A stretch of DNA of 32,000 bases from Gemmata obscuriglobus (lineage in GTDB: Bacteria; Planctomycetota; Planctomycetia; Gemmatales; Gemmataceae): positions 3,060,001 to 3,092,000 of the forward strand of contig NZ_CP042911.1 in assembly GCF_008065095.1 (NCBI RefSeq). Reading direction: 5' to 3'. Positions within the stretch are counted from its first letter, which is position 1. Every line of letters starts with the position of its first letter. The position numbers and the translations under genes were made by a program. This document shows positions 8,488-17,800 of this stretch, piece after piece. The notes beneath the pieces are model-generated. The model saw only the letters and a list, made by a program, of their open reading frames with translations. It was not told the DNA's origin and searched no databases.

Positions 8488-9591
8488 GTGACCGAGCCGA
8501 CCGCCGATGCCCCGAGCCGGATCGAGTGCCGCGTGGACGACGGGTTCGCCGGCTGGCTGGCGGGGGCGAACGGGAGCCTCGCGGTGACCACGTACCAGGC
8601 GGGCAAGGTGGTGCTCGTCGGCTGGGACGGGCGCCGGGTGACGGTGCTGGCCCGCGACTTCCCCAAGCCGATGGGGCTGGCGGTCGACGGCCCGCGGCTG
8701 CTCCTGGCGACCCGGCACGAGGTGGTCCTCCTGGCCGACGCCCCGGCCCTGGCCGCGGACTTCAAGCCGGACGAGCCCGGGCGGTACGACGCGCTGTACC
8801 TGCCGCGCACCCGGTACTGCACCGGCGACCTGAACGTGCACGACGTGGCGGTCGGGGCGGACGGCCCGTGGGTCACCGCCACTCGGTTCTCGTGCCTGGC
8901 CCGGCTGAGCCACGCGTTCAGCTTCGTGCCGGCGTGGCGCCCGCCGTTCGTGTCGGACACGGTGCCCGAGGACCGGTGCCACCTGAACGGCCTGGCGCTG
9001 GTGGACGGGCGGCCGCGGTACGTGACCTGCCTGGGCACCACCGACGCCGCCGGGGCGTGGCGCGGGAAGAAGGCGGACGGCGGGGTGCTGGTGGACGTGG
9101 CCGACGGCAGCGTGCGGCTCCGCGGGCTGTCGATGCCGCACTCGCCGCGGTGGCACAACGGCGCGCTGTGGCTGCTCGACTCGGGCCGGGGCGCGCTGCT
9201 GCGTGCGGACCCGGAGCGGGGCACGCGCGAGGCGGTGTGCGGGCTGTCCGGATACCTGCGCGGGCTGTCGCTGGTGGGGCCGTACGCGCTGGTCGGCCTG
9301 TGCCAGATCCGCGAGAAGCACATCTTCGGCGGGCTCCCGGTGCAGCAGACGCACCCGGCGCTGCTGTGCGGGGTCGCGGTGGTGGACACGCGGACCGGAG
9401 CGCGGGTCGGGTTGCTCGAGTTCACGGCCGGGTGCACCGAGGTGTTCGAGGTCGCGTGGCTGCCCGGGGTGCGGCGGCCGATGCTCCTGAACCCCGCTCA
9501 CCCGGCTCAGACCGACGCGTTCACCGCCCCGGCCTTCAGCTACTGGCTCCGACCCGCGAACGCGCTGCCGGAGCCACCGGCAGTGCCTTGA
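8488..9591 (+). CDS. TIGR03032 / DUF4915-like conserved hypothetical protein (predicted beta-propeller-like)
   Basis: GTG start at 8488, preceded by GAGG (8479-8482). 367 aa. The motifs CHLNGLALVDGRPRYVTCLG, MPHSPRWHNGALWLLDSGRG, YLRGLSLVGPYALVGLCQIREKHIFGGLPV and LCGVAVVDTRTGARVGLLEFTAGCTEVFEV match my recollection of the TIGR03032 family, which has no known function. Confidence 0.7.
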   Translation: MTEPTADAPSRIECRVDDGFAGWLAGANGSLAVTTYQAGKVVLVGWDGRRVTVLARDFPKPMGLAVDGPRLLLATRHEVVLLADAPALAADFKPDEPGRYDALYLPRTRYCTGDLNVHDVAVGADGPWVTATRFSCLARLSHAFSFVPAWRPPFVSDTVPEDRCHLNGLALVDGRPRYVTCLGTTDAAGAWRGKKADGGVLVDVADGSVRLRGLSMPHSPRWHNGALWLLDSGRGALLRADPERGTREAVCGLSGYLRGLSLVGPYALVGLCQIREKHIFGGLPVQQTHPALLCGVAVVDTRTGARVGLLEFTAGCTEVFEVAWLPGVRRPMLLNPAHPAQTDAFTAPAFSYWLRPANALPEPPAVP

Positions 9592-9596
9592 GGCGG

Positions 9597-9623
9597 GTGC
9601 ACGGGGTGGGAGGTCCGTGGCAC
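9597..9623. terminator. Possible bidirectional hairpin between convergent genes (no U-tract)
   Basis: gtgcacgg (9597-9604) pairs with ccgtggcac (9615-9623): 8 bp with one bulge and a 10-nt loop. It sits in the 38-nt gap between the stop at 9589-9591 (+) and the stop at 9630-9632 (-). Confidence 0.2.
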
Positions 9624-9629
9624 CTCGCA

Positions 9630-12600
9630 TCAGTCGAGGCCTGCGGGATTACTTTCAGGCCCGCTCGCGGACCCGTGGGACAAGAGCGCCTCGAGGTTGC
9701 GCCGCGCCTCCGCGTTGTTCGGGTCCACGACGAGTACTCCACGGAGCGCCGCCTCGAGCGCCGCGGGCGCCGCGCCGGCCGCCACCCGCGCGTGGACGAG
9801 CGCCACCCGCGGCCCCCGTGCCCCCGGCTGCTCTGCGACGGCCGCTTCGAGCACCGCGGCCGCCCCCGCGTGGTCCCCCCGCGCCGTCTTCCACCGGGCC
9901 TCCAGCACGGCCCCTTCGGCCGCCCCGGCCGGACCCAGGCTCCGGAGCGCGGCCGCCTGGCGTGCCACCGCCGCGCCGTCCCCGGCCTTGATCGCGGTCT
10001 CACCCAGCCCCAGCAGAGCGGGGGCGAATTGCGGGTCCTGGGCCAGCGCCGCCCGCCACAGCTCCTCGGCCTCACCCGCGCGTCCGTGCTCCAACAGCAG
10101 CACCGCCAAATTGTGCCTCCCGTGGACCGTCCGCAGGCCGGTGTCCACGCTCGCGAAGTGCGGCCCCTCGGAACCGCCGATCAGCTCCCGGTACAGGTGC
10201 TCGGCGCCGCCGGGGTTGCCGGCCTCGCGCGCGTACCCGGCGGCAAGGAACAGGAGCTCGGCGTCGGCCGGGTAGTGCTCGCGCCCGCGGCGACACGCGG
10301 CGACGGCCCCGGCCCGGTCGCCGCTCGCGCGGCGGCACCGGGCCAGCAGGGCGAACGCCTTCCGAACGATCGAGTCCCGCGGGTGCGACGCGGCCAGGCT
10401 CCGCTCGAGCGCCCGCGCCGCGGCCACGACGTCGCCCCGCTCGTGGAGGACGCACCCCAGGTTAAAGAGGGTGAACGGGTCGCCCGGGCGCTCGGCCTCG
10501 TCCAGGCCCAGCAGTCGCAGGTCCCGGTCCAGCTTCCGGCGCCGCACCGCCGGGTCCACGTACCCGACGTGCCGCACCGTCACGTCCGCCCACCGCACGT
10601 CGGCGCCGGTGGCACGCAGGGCCGGCAGGATCTGCTCGTGCACCCGGTACGTCCACCGGTGCGCCGGGTGCCGCCGGAACAGCCGCACGTGGTCCACGGC
10701 GGTGCCCCCGCTCCCGAGGCCGTCGGGCACGCACAGGCACCGCAGCACGAACGCCGCGTTGCCGGCCGGCAGCTGCTGGAGTAGAGCGCGGAGCTTCTCC
10801 CGGCCCGCGCCGTCCAGCCGGTCGTCGGCGTCCATCCAGAACGCGTAGTCCCCGGTGGCCGCATCCAGGGCCGCGTTCCGCGCCGCCGCGAAGCTGTCGG
10901 CCCACGGGAAGGTTCCGATCACGCACCCGAACGACTTCGCCACCTCGACCGTCCGATCGGCGGACCCGGTGTCGATCACCACGGCCTCGTCGACCAGGTC
11001 CCGGACGCCCTCAAGGCACGCGCCCAGGTTGTGCGCCTCGTTCCGCACGATCATGGTCAGCGACACGCGAGGCCGCCCGGCCACTGCGGGGACCGCGGGC
11101 ACCGCGGCCGGCGGCTCGGCACGGGGCGGGTTTGCCCCCGGGGACGGGACCGGGTTCCGGAACCGGACCGGCGTGCGCGCCCCCAGCACCCGGACGCGGT
11201 CCTCGACCGCGGCCGCCGTCCGGGCCCAGCTCCATCCCAGCGCCGCGCGGCGACCGGCCGCGCCCCGCGCCGCCCGCGCGGCGGCGTCCGAAACGGCCTC
11301 GCGCAGGACGGCCACCAGAGCGCCGGGGTCCGGTTCCAGCCACCACGGGAACCCGGCCGTAGGCCACCCCCCGACCTCCTCCCGCTCAAAGTACCGGACC
11401 CGGGCGGGCACGCGCCACCCGGCCGCCGGGGGCACGAACTCGTCGGTCGGCCCGCCCGCGGTGACCACGACCGGTAGCCCGCACGCCATCGCCTCCAGGA
11501 CCGGGAGGCCGAACCCCTCGCCCCGGTACGGGTGCGTCAGGACGTCGCACGCGGCGAACAGTCGCGGCACGTCGACGTCCGCAAGCTCCCCGGTCAGGTA
11601 TAGTACCTCAGGGCCGCCGGGAGTCGCCTGGGCCGCCCGGACCAGCGCCTCGGCGGTCTGCCCCCGGTAGAAAGTGCCGGCGCCCATCTCCTTCACCACC
11701 AGGCACACGTCGTCGGCGGCGGTGAACGCCCTCTGGTACGCCGCGAGCAGCGCGTCGAACCCCTTGCGCGGGATGGTGCCGCCCACGAACAGCAGTTTCA
11801 CCCGTTTGGCCGTGCGTAGCGAGAGCGGGGCGAGCCCGGGCCGGAATCGCTCCGGGTCCACGCCCGGCGGGACCAGCGCGACCCGCTCCTCGGGCACCCC
11901 GGACGCGACAAACGCCCGGAGCACCGCCCGTGAGTACGCCCACACCTCGTCCACGCCCTCGACGATGGGTCGGACCCAGGCCCGGGGAAGCCGGCCGAAC
12001 TCCCACGGCTGCATCAGCACCAGCGGCTCGCTGCCGACCGGTGCGGAGAAGTCCGGCGGCCACCGGTGCCGCACGTGTACCGCCCGGTTCGGAGCCCGCT
12101 GTGCGAGAGCCGCCAGCTCCGGCGGGAGCGGCACCGCGGTGCCCCCGAGCGGGCGCGCGAGCCCGACCGCGTGCCCCCGCGCCACCAGTTCGGCGCACAC
12201 GGCCCGGTTCACACGGGCCAGCGAGTGAACCGCGTCCAGCTCCCCGTCCCAGGCGACGGCCACCCGCCCGCTGTCCGTTCCGGCGGTCGCCCCAACCCCC
12301 TCGCCCTTGATCAGGAACGCCACCCGGGTCCCCGTGACCCCGTAGACCGGTTCCGGGAACCCGCCCGCCCACGCGGCCCACTCGCCGTCGAATAATTCCG
12401 GCGGGTCGGGCCAGATCAGACACCCGCCGGGCCGCAGTGCGTTGTACGCGCCAACCGCGTGCGACCGGCCGGGCGTTGGGGTGCTCCCGGTCCCCACGAT
12501 CGCGAGATCGAGCGGGGCCAAGTTCCCGACTTCGAAGTGATCATTGGTGGCACCGACGAACCGCATCCCCTGGGCGGTGCCGATGCGGTTCCGTGCGCGG

Positions 12601-14567
12601 GCGACCGGACCGAGCGGGTCGCCGGCCGGTGCCCCCAGCACGTAGACGGCCGCGTCGGGCGGAGCGATCGCGGTCACGTCGGCGCTCAGGCGCCCGGCCG
12701 CGGTTCCAATCGCCAGCACTCGGCGCGGAGCGAAGTGGGCGACCAGCGCGAGCACGACGCGCACGTCTGCTGGCGGAACGAGGGCACCCGGCGGTTCGGC
12801 CACCTCGACGCTACCGAAACGGGCCGTAAACGTGTCCGCGGTGAGGCGCACGAACGGGCTTCGCCCCCCCTCTAACGGCGCGGGCGCCGGGGGCGGGTGC
12901 AACTGTTCGGCCGCGGGTCGGGACGTTTCGAGCGGCACCAGGGGCTCCCCCGTGAGCCCGGTCGCGTTCGCCAGGAGCGCCTGCCCGTGGCGAACGCACG
13001 CGGCTTCGGCGGTGCGGCCGAGTACCGCCAGCGCCTCGACCAGGTGCGTCGCGCTGGCGGCGTCGAACGGATCGGCCTCGACCGCAACCCGGAGCCGTTC
13101 GACCGCATCGGCGGCCCGCCCGGTCCTTAGTAGTGCAAGCCCCAGAGCTGCCTGCAGGTGCGGCTGTTCCGGGCAGCATGCGGCTGCGGCCTCGTGATCC
13201 GACACACCGCTGGTCAGCTCGGCGATCAGTTCGAGCGCCCGACCGCGTAACAGCCGCGCCTTCTCCTGTCGCTCAGCCTCCGCGTCGTCCGGGTGGTCGT
13301 ACCCGGCCCGGTTCCACCCGACACGGACCCAGTCGAACGGTCCCGAGTACGGAACGCAGTCGGCCTCTGCCACAGTCAACGCGGGACGCGCCTTCAGTTC
13401 GTCGACCGCCGCCCGGGCCACATTCACGGCCTCCTCGGCGCGCCCGAGGGCGACCAGCGCGAGCGCGCGGCCGACGGCCGAAACGCGGTTGCCGGTACCC
13501 GCCGCGACCGCCAGGTGCAGTTCCGCGCCGGCATCCGGCCGCGCCAATACCCCGAGGGCGTGGTGGTCGGCTGCGGCCGTCAGGTCCGCCTCCAGTACCG
13601 GATCGCTGTCCGGTCCGTCGGACGCCGCCTGTTGCCATACGCGGCCGGACAGTGACAGCTGCGTCGCACTCCGGAACCGTCGGGCGGCTCGGTCACGCAC
13701 CTCGTCCCACCCTGCCGCACCGGCGGCGACCGCGGCCTCCACCAGTGCGTCGAACGCGAGCGGCCGTACCCGGTCCCGGGCGGCAGCGGCGATCGTCCGC
13801 CGCCCCCCTTCATCGGTCAACAGCCTCCCGACCACCGCCTCGAGATCCGCTTCCGTATACGTCACGCACTCGGTCTCGGGTTCGAGTGAACTCCGGGCGT
13901 GGTCGCCCCTGGCTCGCTGAAGCACCACCGCACCGGCCGCCGCAGCCTCCAGCGCCCGCGGGTCGTACGAGCCCAGAACTTCACTCACAACCACGAGCTT
14001 GCTGCGCCGCAGTCGCGCTCGGTACTCGGCTCCGGGTTCTGCGGCGGTGACCTGCACCCGGACCCGCTCGCCTAAGGTGGCCAGTCGCCCGAAGTCCGGA
14101 GGCCATGCATCTCGGGCGGCTGATTCCCGACGTCCGACGATGAGAACGTCGATGTCCCGCTCGGCCTCCGGGGCCTCAATTTCCGCCCGGAAGTGCCGAT
14201 CAAGGCCGAACAGGTTGGCGGCCCGTACGGGGCCGATTCCGGCCCGCCGCAACCGGTCCGCCGAATGTGCGTCTGTAAGCACCAGATCGGCCAGGGGCAG
14301 CAGGTGCCGTAACCCGCTCCAGAACAAGCGCGTGTCTCGGGCCAGGACGACCACCGGGACCGGCGCGGCCCACACCCACGCGGGCACGCTCGCACGTTCG
14401 GGCCACACAAGCACCGCCTCAGGGAGCTGACCGGCACGCGCTTCGACCTCGTTCCAATTTGCGGCGCGAGCAGAAAAAACGGCCCACGCGCCGCTGCCGA
14501 CCGGCGTGTGTAGGTACCGATCGAAAAAGATGGGGTCGTCACTCGGGCCGAACAGGAACCGGGCCAT
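9630..14567 (-). CDS. Multidomain glycosyltransferase fusion enzyme: GT1-like N-domain, TPR, class-I methyltransferase-like fold, GT4, GT2, C-terminal TPR
   Basis: Track ORF 9630..14600 begins at GTG. The in-frame ATG at 14567 (MARFLFGPSDDP) follows GAGG with a 5-nt spacer. GT4 part: KLLFVGGTIPRKGFDALL...THPYRGEGFGLPVLEAMACGLPVVVT (~12270-11300). GT2 part: VSLTMIVRNEAHNLGACLEGVRDLVDEAVVIDTGSADRT...YAFWMDADDRL (~11070-10400). MTase-like part: RRVLAIGTAAGRLSADV...LRPGGCLIWPD (~12800-12300). TPR-like helices lie at ~13650-12950 and ~10400-9680. Confidence 0.85.
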   Translation of the reverse strand: MARFLFGPSDDPIFFDRYLHTPVGSGAWAVFSARAANWNEVEARAGQLPEAVLVWPERASVPAWVWAAPVPVVVLARDTRLFWSGLRHLLPLADLVLTDAHSADRLRRAGIGPVRAANLFGLDRHFRAEIEAPEAERDIDVLIVGRRESAARDAWPPDFGRLATLGERVRVQVTAAEPGAEYRARLRRSKLVVVSEVLGSYDPRALEAAAAGAVVLQRARGDHARSSLEPETECVTYTEADLEAVVGRLLTDEGGRRTIAAAARDRVRPLAFDALVEAAVAAGAAGWDEVRDRAARRFRSATQLSLSGRVWQQAASDGPDSDPVLEADLTAAADHHALGVLARPDAGAELHLAVAAGTGNRVSAVGRALALVALGRAEEAVNVARAAVDELKARPALTVAEADCVPYSGPFDWVRVGWNRAGYDHPDDAEAERQEKARLLRGRALELIAELTSGVSDHEAAAACCPEQPHLQAALGLALLRTGRAADAVERLRVAVEADPFDAASATHLVEALAVLGRTAEAACVRHGQALLANATGLTGEPLVPLETSRPAAEQLHPPPAPAPLEGGRSPFVRLTADTFTARFGSVEVAEPPGALVPPADVRVVLALVAHFAPRRVLAIGTAAGRLSADVTAIAPPDAAVYVLGAPAGDPLGPVARARNRIGTAQGMRFVGATNDHFEVGNLAPLDLAIVGTGSTPTPGRSHAVGAYNALRPGGCLIWPDPPELFDGEWAAWAGGFPEPVYGVTGTRVAFLIKGEGVGATAGTDSGRVAVAWDGELDAVHSLARVNRAVCAELVARGHAVGLARPLGGTAVPLPPELAALAQRAPNRAVHVRHRWPPDFSAPVGSEPLVLMQPWEFGRLPRAWVRPIVEGVDEVWAYSRAVLRAFVASGVPEERVALVPPGVDPERFRPGLAPLSLRTAKRVKLLFVGGTIPRKGFDALLAAYQRAFTAADDVCLVVKEMGAGTFYRGQTAEALVRAAQATPGGPEVLYLTGELADVDVPRLFAACDVLTHPYRGEGFGLPVLEAMACGLPVVVTAGGPTDEFVPPAAGWRVPARVRYFEREEVGGWPTAGFPWWLEPDPGALVAVLREAVSDAAARAARGAAGRRAALGWSWARTAAAVEDRVRVLGARTPVRFRNPVPSPGANPPRAEPPAAVPAVPAVAGRPRVSLTMIVRNEAHNLGACLEGVRDLVDEAVVIDTGSADRTVEVAKSFGCVIGTFPWADSFAAARNAALDAATGDYAFWMDADDRLDGAGREKLRALLQQLPAGNAAFVLRCLCVPDGLGSGGTAVDHVRLFRRHPAHRWTYRVHEQILPALRATGADVRWADVTVRHVGYVDPAVRRRKLDRDLRLLGLDEAERPGDPFTLFNLGCVLHERGDVVAAARALERSLAASHPRDSIVRKAFALLARCRRASGDRAGAVAACRRGREHYPADAELLFLAAGYAREAGNPGGAEHLYRELIGGSEGPHFASVDTGLRTVHGRHNLAVLLLEHGRAGEAEELWRAALAQDPQFAPALLGLGETAIKAGDGAAVARQAAALRSLGPAGAAEGAVLEARWKTARGDHAGAAAVLEAAVAEQPGARGPRVALVHARVAAGAAPAALEAALRGVLVVDPNNAEARRNLEALLSHGSASGPESNPAGLD

Positions 14568-14600
14568 TCTCGCCTCGGACTGTGAGTCTACTCTCCGCAC

Positions 14601-14618
14601 CCCACTCGAACGAGTGGG
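14601..14618. promoter_or_regulatory. 8-2-8 inverted repeat (cccactcg aa cgagtggg) just upstream of the fusion enzyme start, in the divergent control region
   Basis: Read directly. The arms are exact reverse complements. The site lies 34-51 nt upstream of the ATG at 14567 (minus strand), inside the ~310-nt divergent spacer shared with the giant + strand gene. It could be an operator or a 5'-UTR hairpin. Confidence 0.3.
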
Positions 14619-14880
14619 TCATAGTGGCAAAAGTATGGCGCCGACGACGCGGGCACCTCCCGCATTCACCACCCGCGCTCGGTGGCCGTTGCAAATAACG
14701 ACTTGCGCCGGCGGCATGGGCCGAAAGTTCACTCGGGGCGAAGCTCGAAACGGGCCTACCGAATCCGCGAAGTTTTTGTGCGAGAGCATTTTTTAGCCTT
14801 GGACGAACTCTCGGCGTCGGATAAGCTACCTGCCTCTTCAATCTGATGAGATACCGTCCGTCGGTGCCGTACCCGGCCCG

Positions 14881-17800
14881 ATGTGGTCCTGCGCGTGTCG
14901 CAGGAATAAACCCCAACCCATCCCGCCCATGCCCCGCCGCATCCGCCTGTGGATCGACCCGTTCGCCGCCCTCATGGACCTGCGTGCGTTCGTCGCCGGA
15001 CGATGCCGACGCGCCGCGGCGCCGCTGACGCGTCTGTTCGCCGCACCGGGGAAAATTGACCCGCAGCCCCTTCTGGCGAAGCCCGAGCTGCGCCCGATGG
15101 ATTGGCGGAACCCGCCCTCGGAGACCCTCAGCGCGGCCGCCATACCGCTGGCGGCGACGGCCGCCGCCGCAACGATCGCGGTGTACGCGCTGGCCGACTG
15201 GCAAGCGGCCGAGCAGGTGGCCGCGGCCCAGGTCGGGGCCGGGGGCGGTGGGGGCGGGCCGGTCGACGGTTACGCCGACTGGGCGCCGACGCTTGCCGAA
15301 CCGGCGGCAACCCTAGACCAAGCAACCGGTTCCGTTGCACCAGCCGACGACGAATCCGACTTAACACCGCGAGACGGGGCCGACCTCGCCTTGGACGGAG
15401 CCGGTTCGTCCGAAGGCGACTTCGATTCGTTCGGCCCGGCCGTCGACTCGTACGCCGGTGCCGAGTGGTTCGGTGGTACAGGAGCGGGCGGTGGCGACCA
15501 ACCGGAGCCGTTCGGCGGTGCATTTAATGGCATCGCTGTCACCGACACAATACCGGACCCGGTCAGCGGTGTGCCGCCGGTTTTAACCGGAACTGAGCCC
15601 CAGAACTTGGTCGGCTCGGATACGCCGGGAACCGGCAACACCGGCCCGGGTGCGACACCGCTCCCGGGCGACGCGTTGACGCCCGCGAGCGCCTCGGGTG
15701 CCGAGCACCCGAGCCCCAGCTCCCCGACGGCCAACTTACCAGGCGACGCAGGCACGGAGCGCCCGCCGACGCTCGGGGCTGTCTCTCTGAGCCTCGACCC
15801 CACGTTCTTCGCCTCTGCAGTCACCCCCGACTCGGCGCCCGGCGCCGATCCGGTAACGATCACCCCGGCGGTGAGTCCGCCGGTCACCCCGCCAACCAAT
15901 CCCGAGCCGGTCAGCCCGCCCGTCACCCCCGGGCCGGTCAGCCCACCCACGTCTCCGCCGCTCCCCCCCGAGCCGGTGAGCCCGCCAACGTCTCCGCCAC
16001 TCCCCCCCGAGCCGGTCAGCCCGCCGGTCAGCCCGCCGGTCAGCCCGCCAACGTCTCCGCCGGTCAGCCCGCCGGTGAGCCCACCCACGTCTCCGCCGGT
16101 CAGCCCGCCGGTCAGCCCGCCGGTCAGCCCGCCGGTCAGCCCGCCGGTCAGCCCGCCGGTCAGCCCGCCGGTCAGCCCGCCGGTCAGCCCGCCGGTCAGC
16201 CCACCCACGTCTCCGCCGGTTATCGGAGACCGCGTGTGGAACGACACGAACGGCAACGGGATTCAGGATGGGGGTGAACCGGGGTTAGCGGGTGTTCTCG
16301 TGCGCATGTACGACGAGAACTCGGAATTTTACGCTAGCACGGTCACAGACTCCAACGGCGGCTACGCGTTTACAGGTGTTGGCGCGGGCTACTATCAGCT
16401 TCAATTTCAGTTGCTAACAGGTTACCAGTTCTCGCCTGCGAACGCGGGCAGTGACGACGCGGTCGACAGCGACGCCGACCCGCTCAGCGGCTTTTCCAAC
16501 TTCTTCTTTGTGACCTACGGAGCAGGGAACACCACCATCGACGCGGGCATGCGTCCGACGAACCCCCCGGTAGTCCCACCAACTACCCCGCCGGTGGTCC
16601 CACCGACCAGCCCGCCCCCGCCCGGATCCGACGTTCGGGCCAACACTTACACCTCCAACTATCAGACCGTACCGGCTGTGGCGAGCGATGCGGACGGCGA
16701 CTTCGTCATCGCCTGGATGAGTGATGGTCAGGATGGTAGCGGGTACGGGGTCTACGCCCAGCGGTACGCAGCCAACGGTACACCGGTCGGGAACGAGTTC
16801 CGCGTCAACACGACCACCCTCGGTGACCAGGGCTCACCATCGGTCGCGATGGACGCGGACGGCGACTTCATCGTCACTTGGCAGAGCTACGGACAAGAGG
16901 GCACCTATGGGAATTATTACGGCCACAACTTGGGAATTTACGCCCAGCGGTACTCGGCCAGTGGGGCGGCTGTCGGCTCCGAGTTCCGGGTCAACACGTT
17001 CACCTACGGCCTCCAGTTCCAACCATCGGTAGCGATGGACGCGGACGGCGACTTCGTCATTGCCTGGGCGAGTGGCGGGCAGGGGCCCGGGAGCAACTGG
17101 TATGACGTCTACGCCCAGCGGTACTCGGCCAGCGGCGCCGCGCTCGGCTCCGAGTTCCGGGTCAACACGTACATTACCAGCAGTCAGATGGACCCGGCGG
17201 TGACGATGGACGCGGACGGCGACTTCGTCATCGCCTGGGAGAGCCAAGGCCAGGACGGCAGTGTGGGCGGGATCTACGCCCAGCGGTACACGGCCGGCGG
17301 CGCCGCGCTCGGGTCCGAGTTCCGGGTCAACACGTACACCACAAACCAGCAGATGGGCCCGGCGGTAGCCGCGGACGCGAACGGGGGGTTCGTTGTCGTC
17401 TGGCTGAGTTCCGGTCAAGAGGGTAGTGCGTCGAGGGTCTACGCCCAGCGGTACGCGGCCAACGGCACCGCGCTCGGGTCCGAGTTCCGGGTCAACACGT
17501 ACACCGGCGGTCATCAGAGCTCACCGTCGGTGGCGGTGGACGCGGACGGCGATTTCGTCGTGACCTGGCAGAGCTACGGACAGGACGGCAGCAGGTACGG
17601 AGTCTGGGCTCAGCGGTACAACTCAACCGGCACCGCTGTCGGGTCCGAGTTCCGGGTCAATACGTACACCGCCGGCGATCAGATGTTCCCGACGGTGGCG
17701 GTGGACGCGGACGGGGATGCCGTGGTCGCCTGGCAGAGCGCCGCCCAGGACGGCAGCGGCAACGGCATCTACTTCGCCCTGTTGGGCGGCGGTAGCTCCC

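Noticed and set aside
8526-10784. 752-aa + strand ORF spanning the TIGR03032 gene and the 3' end of the fusion enzyme
   Set aside because: It is off-frame to the TIGR03032-like protein and antisense to the fusion enzyme. It has an extreme Arg/Gly/Pro bias.
15270-16256. 328-aa minus-strand ORF with (GGLT)n repeats
   Set aside because: It is the reverse-complement shadow of the (PPVS)n stalk in the giant + strand ORF. The + frame continues directly into a recognisable SdrD-B domain, so the sense strand is +.
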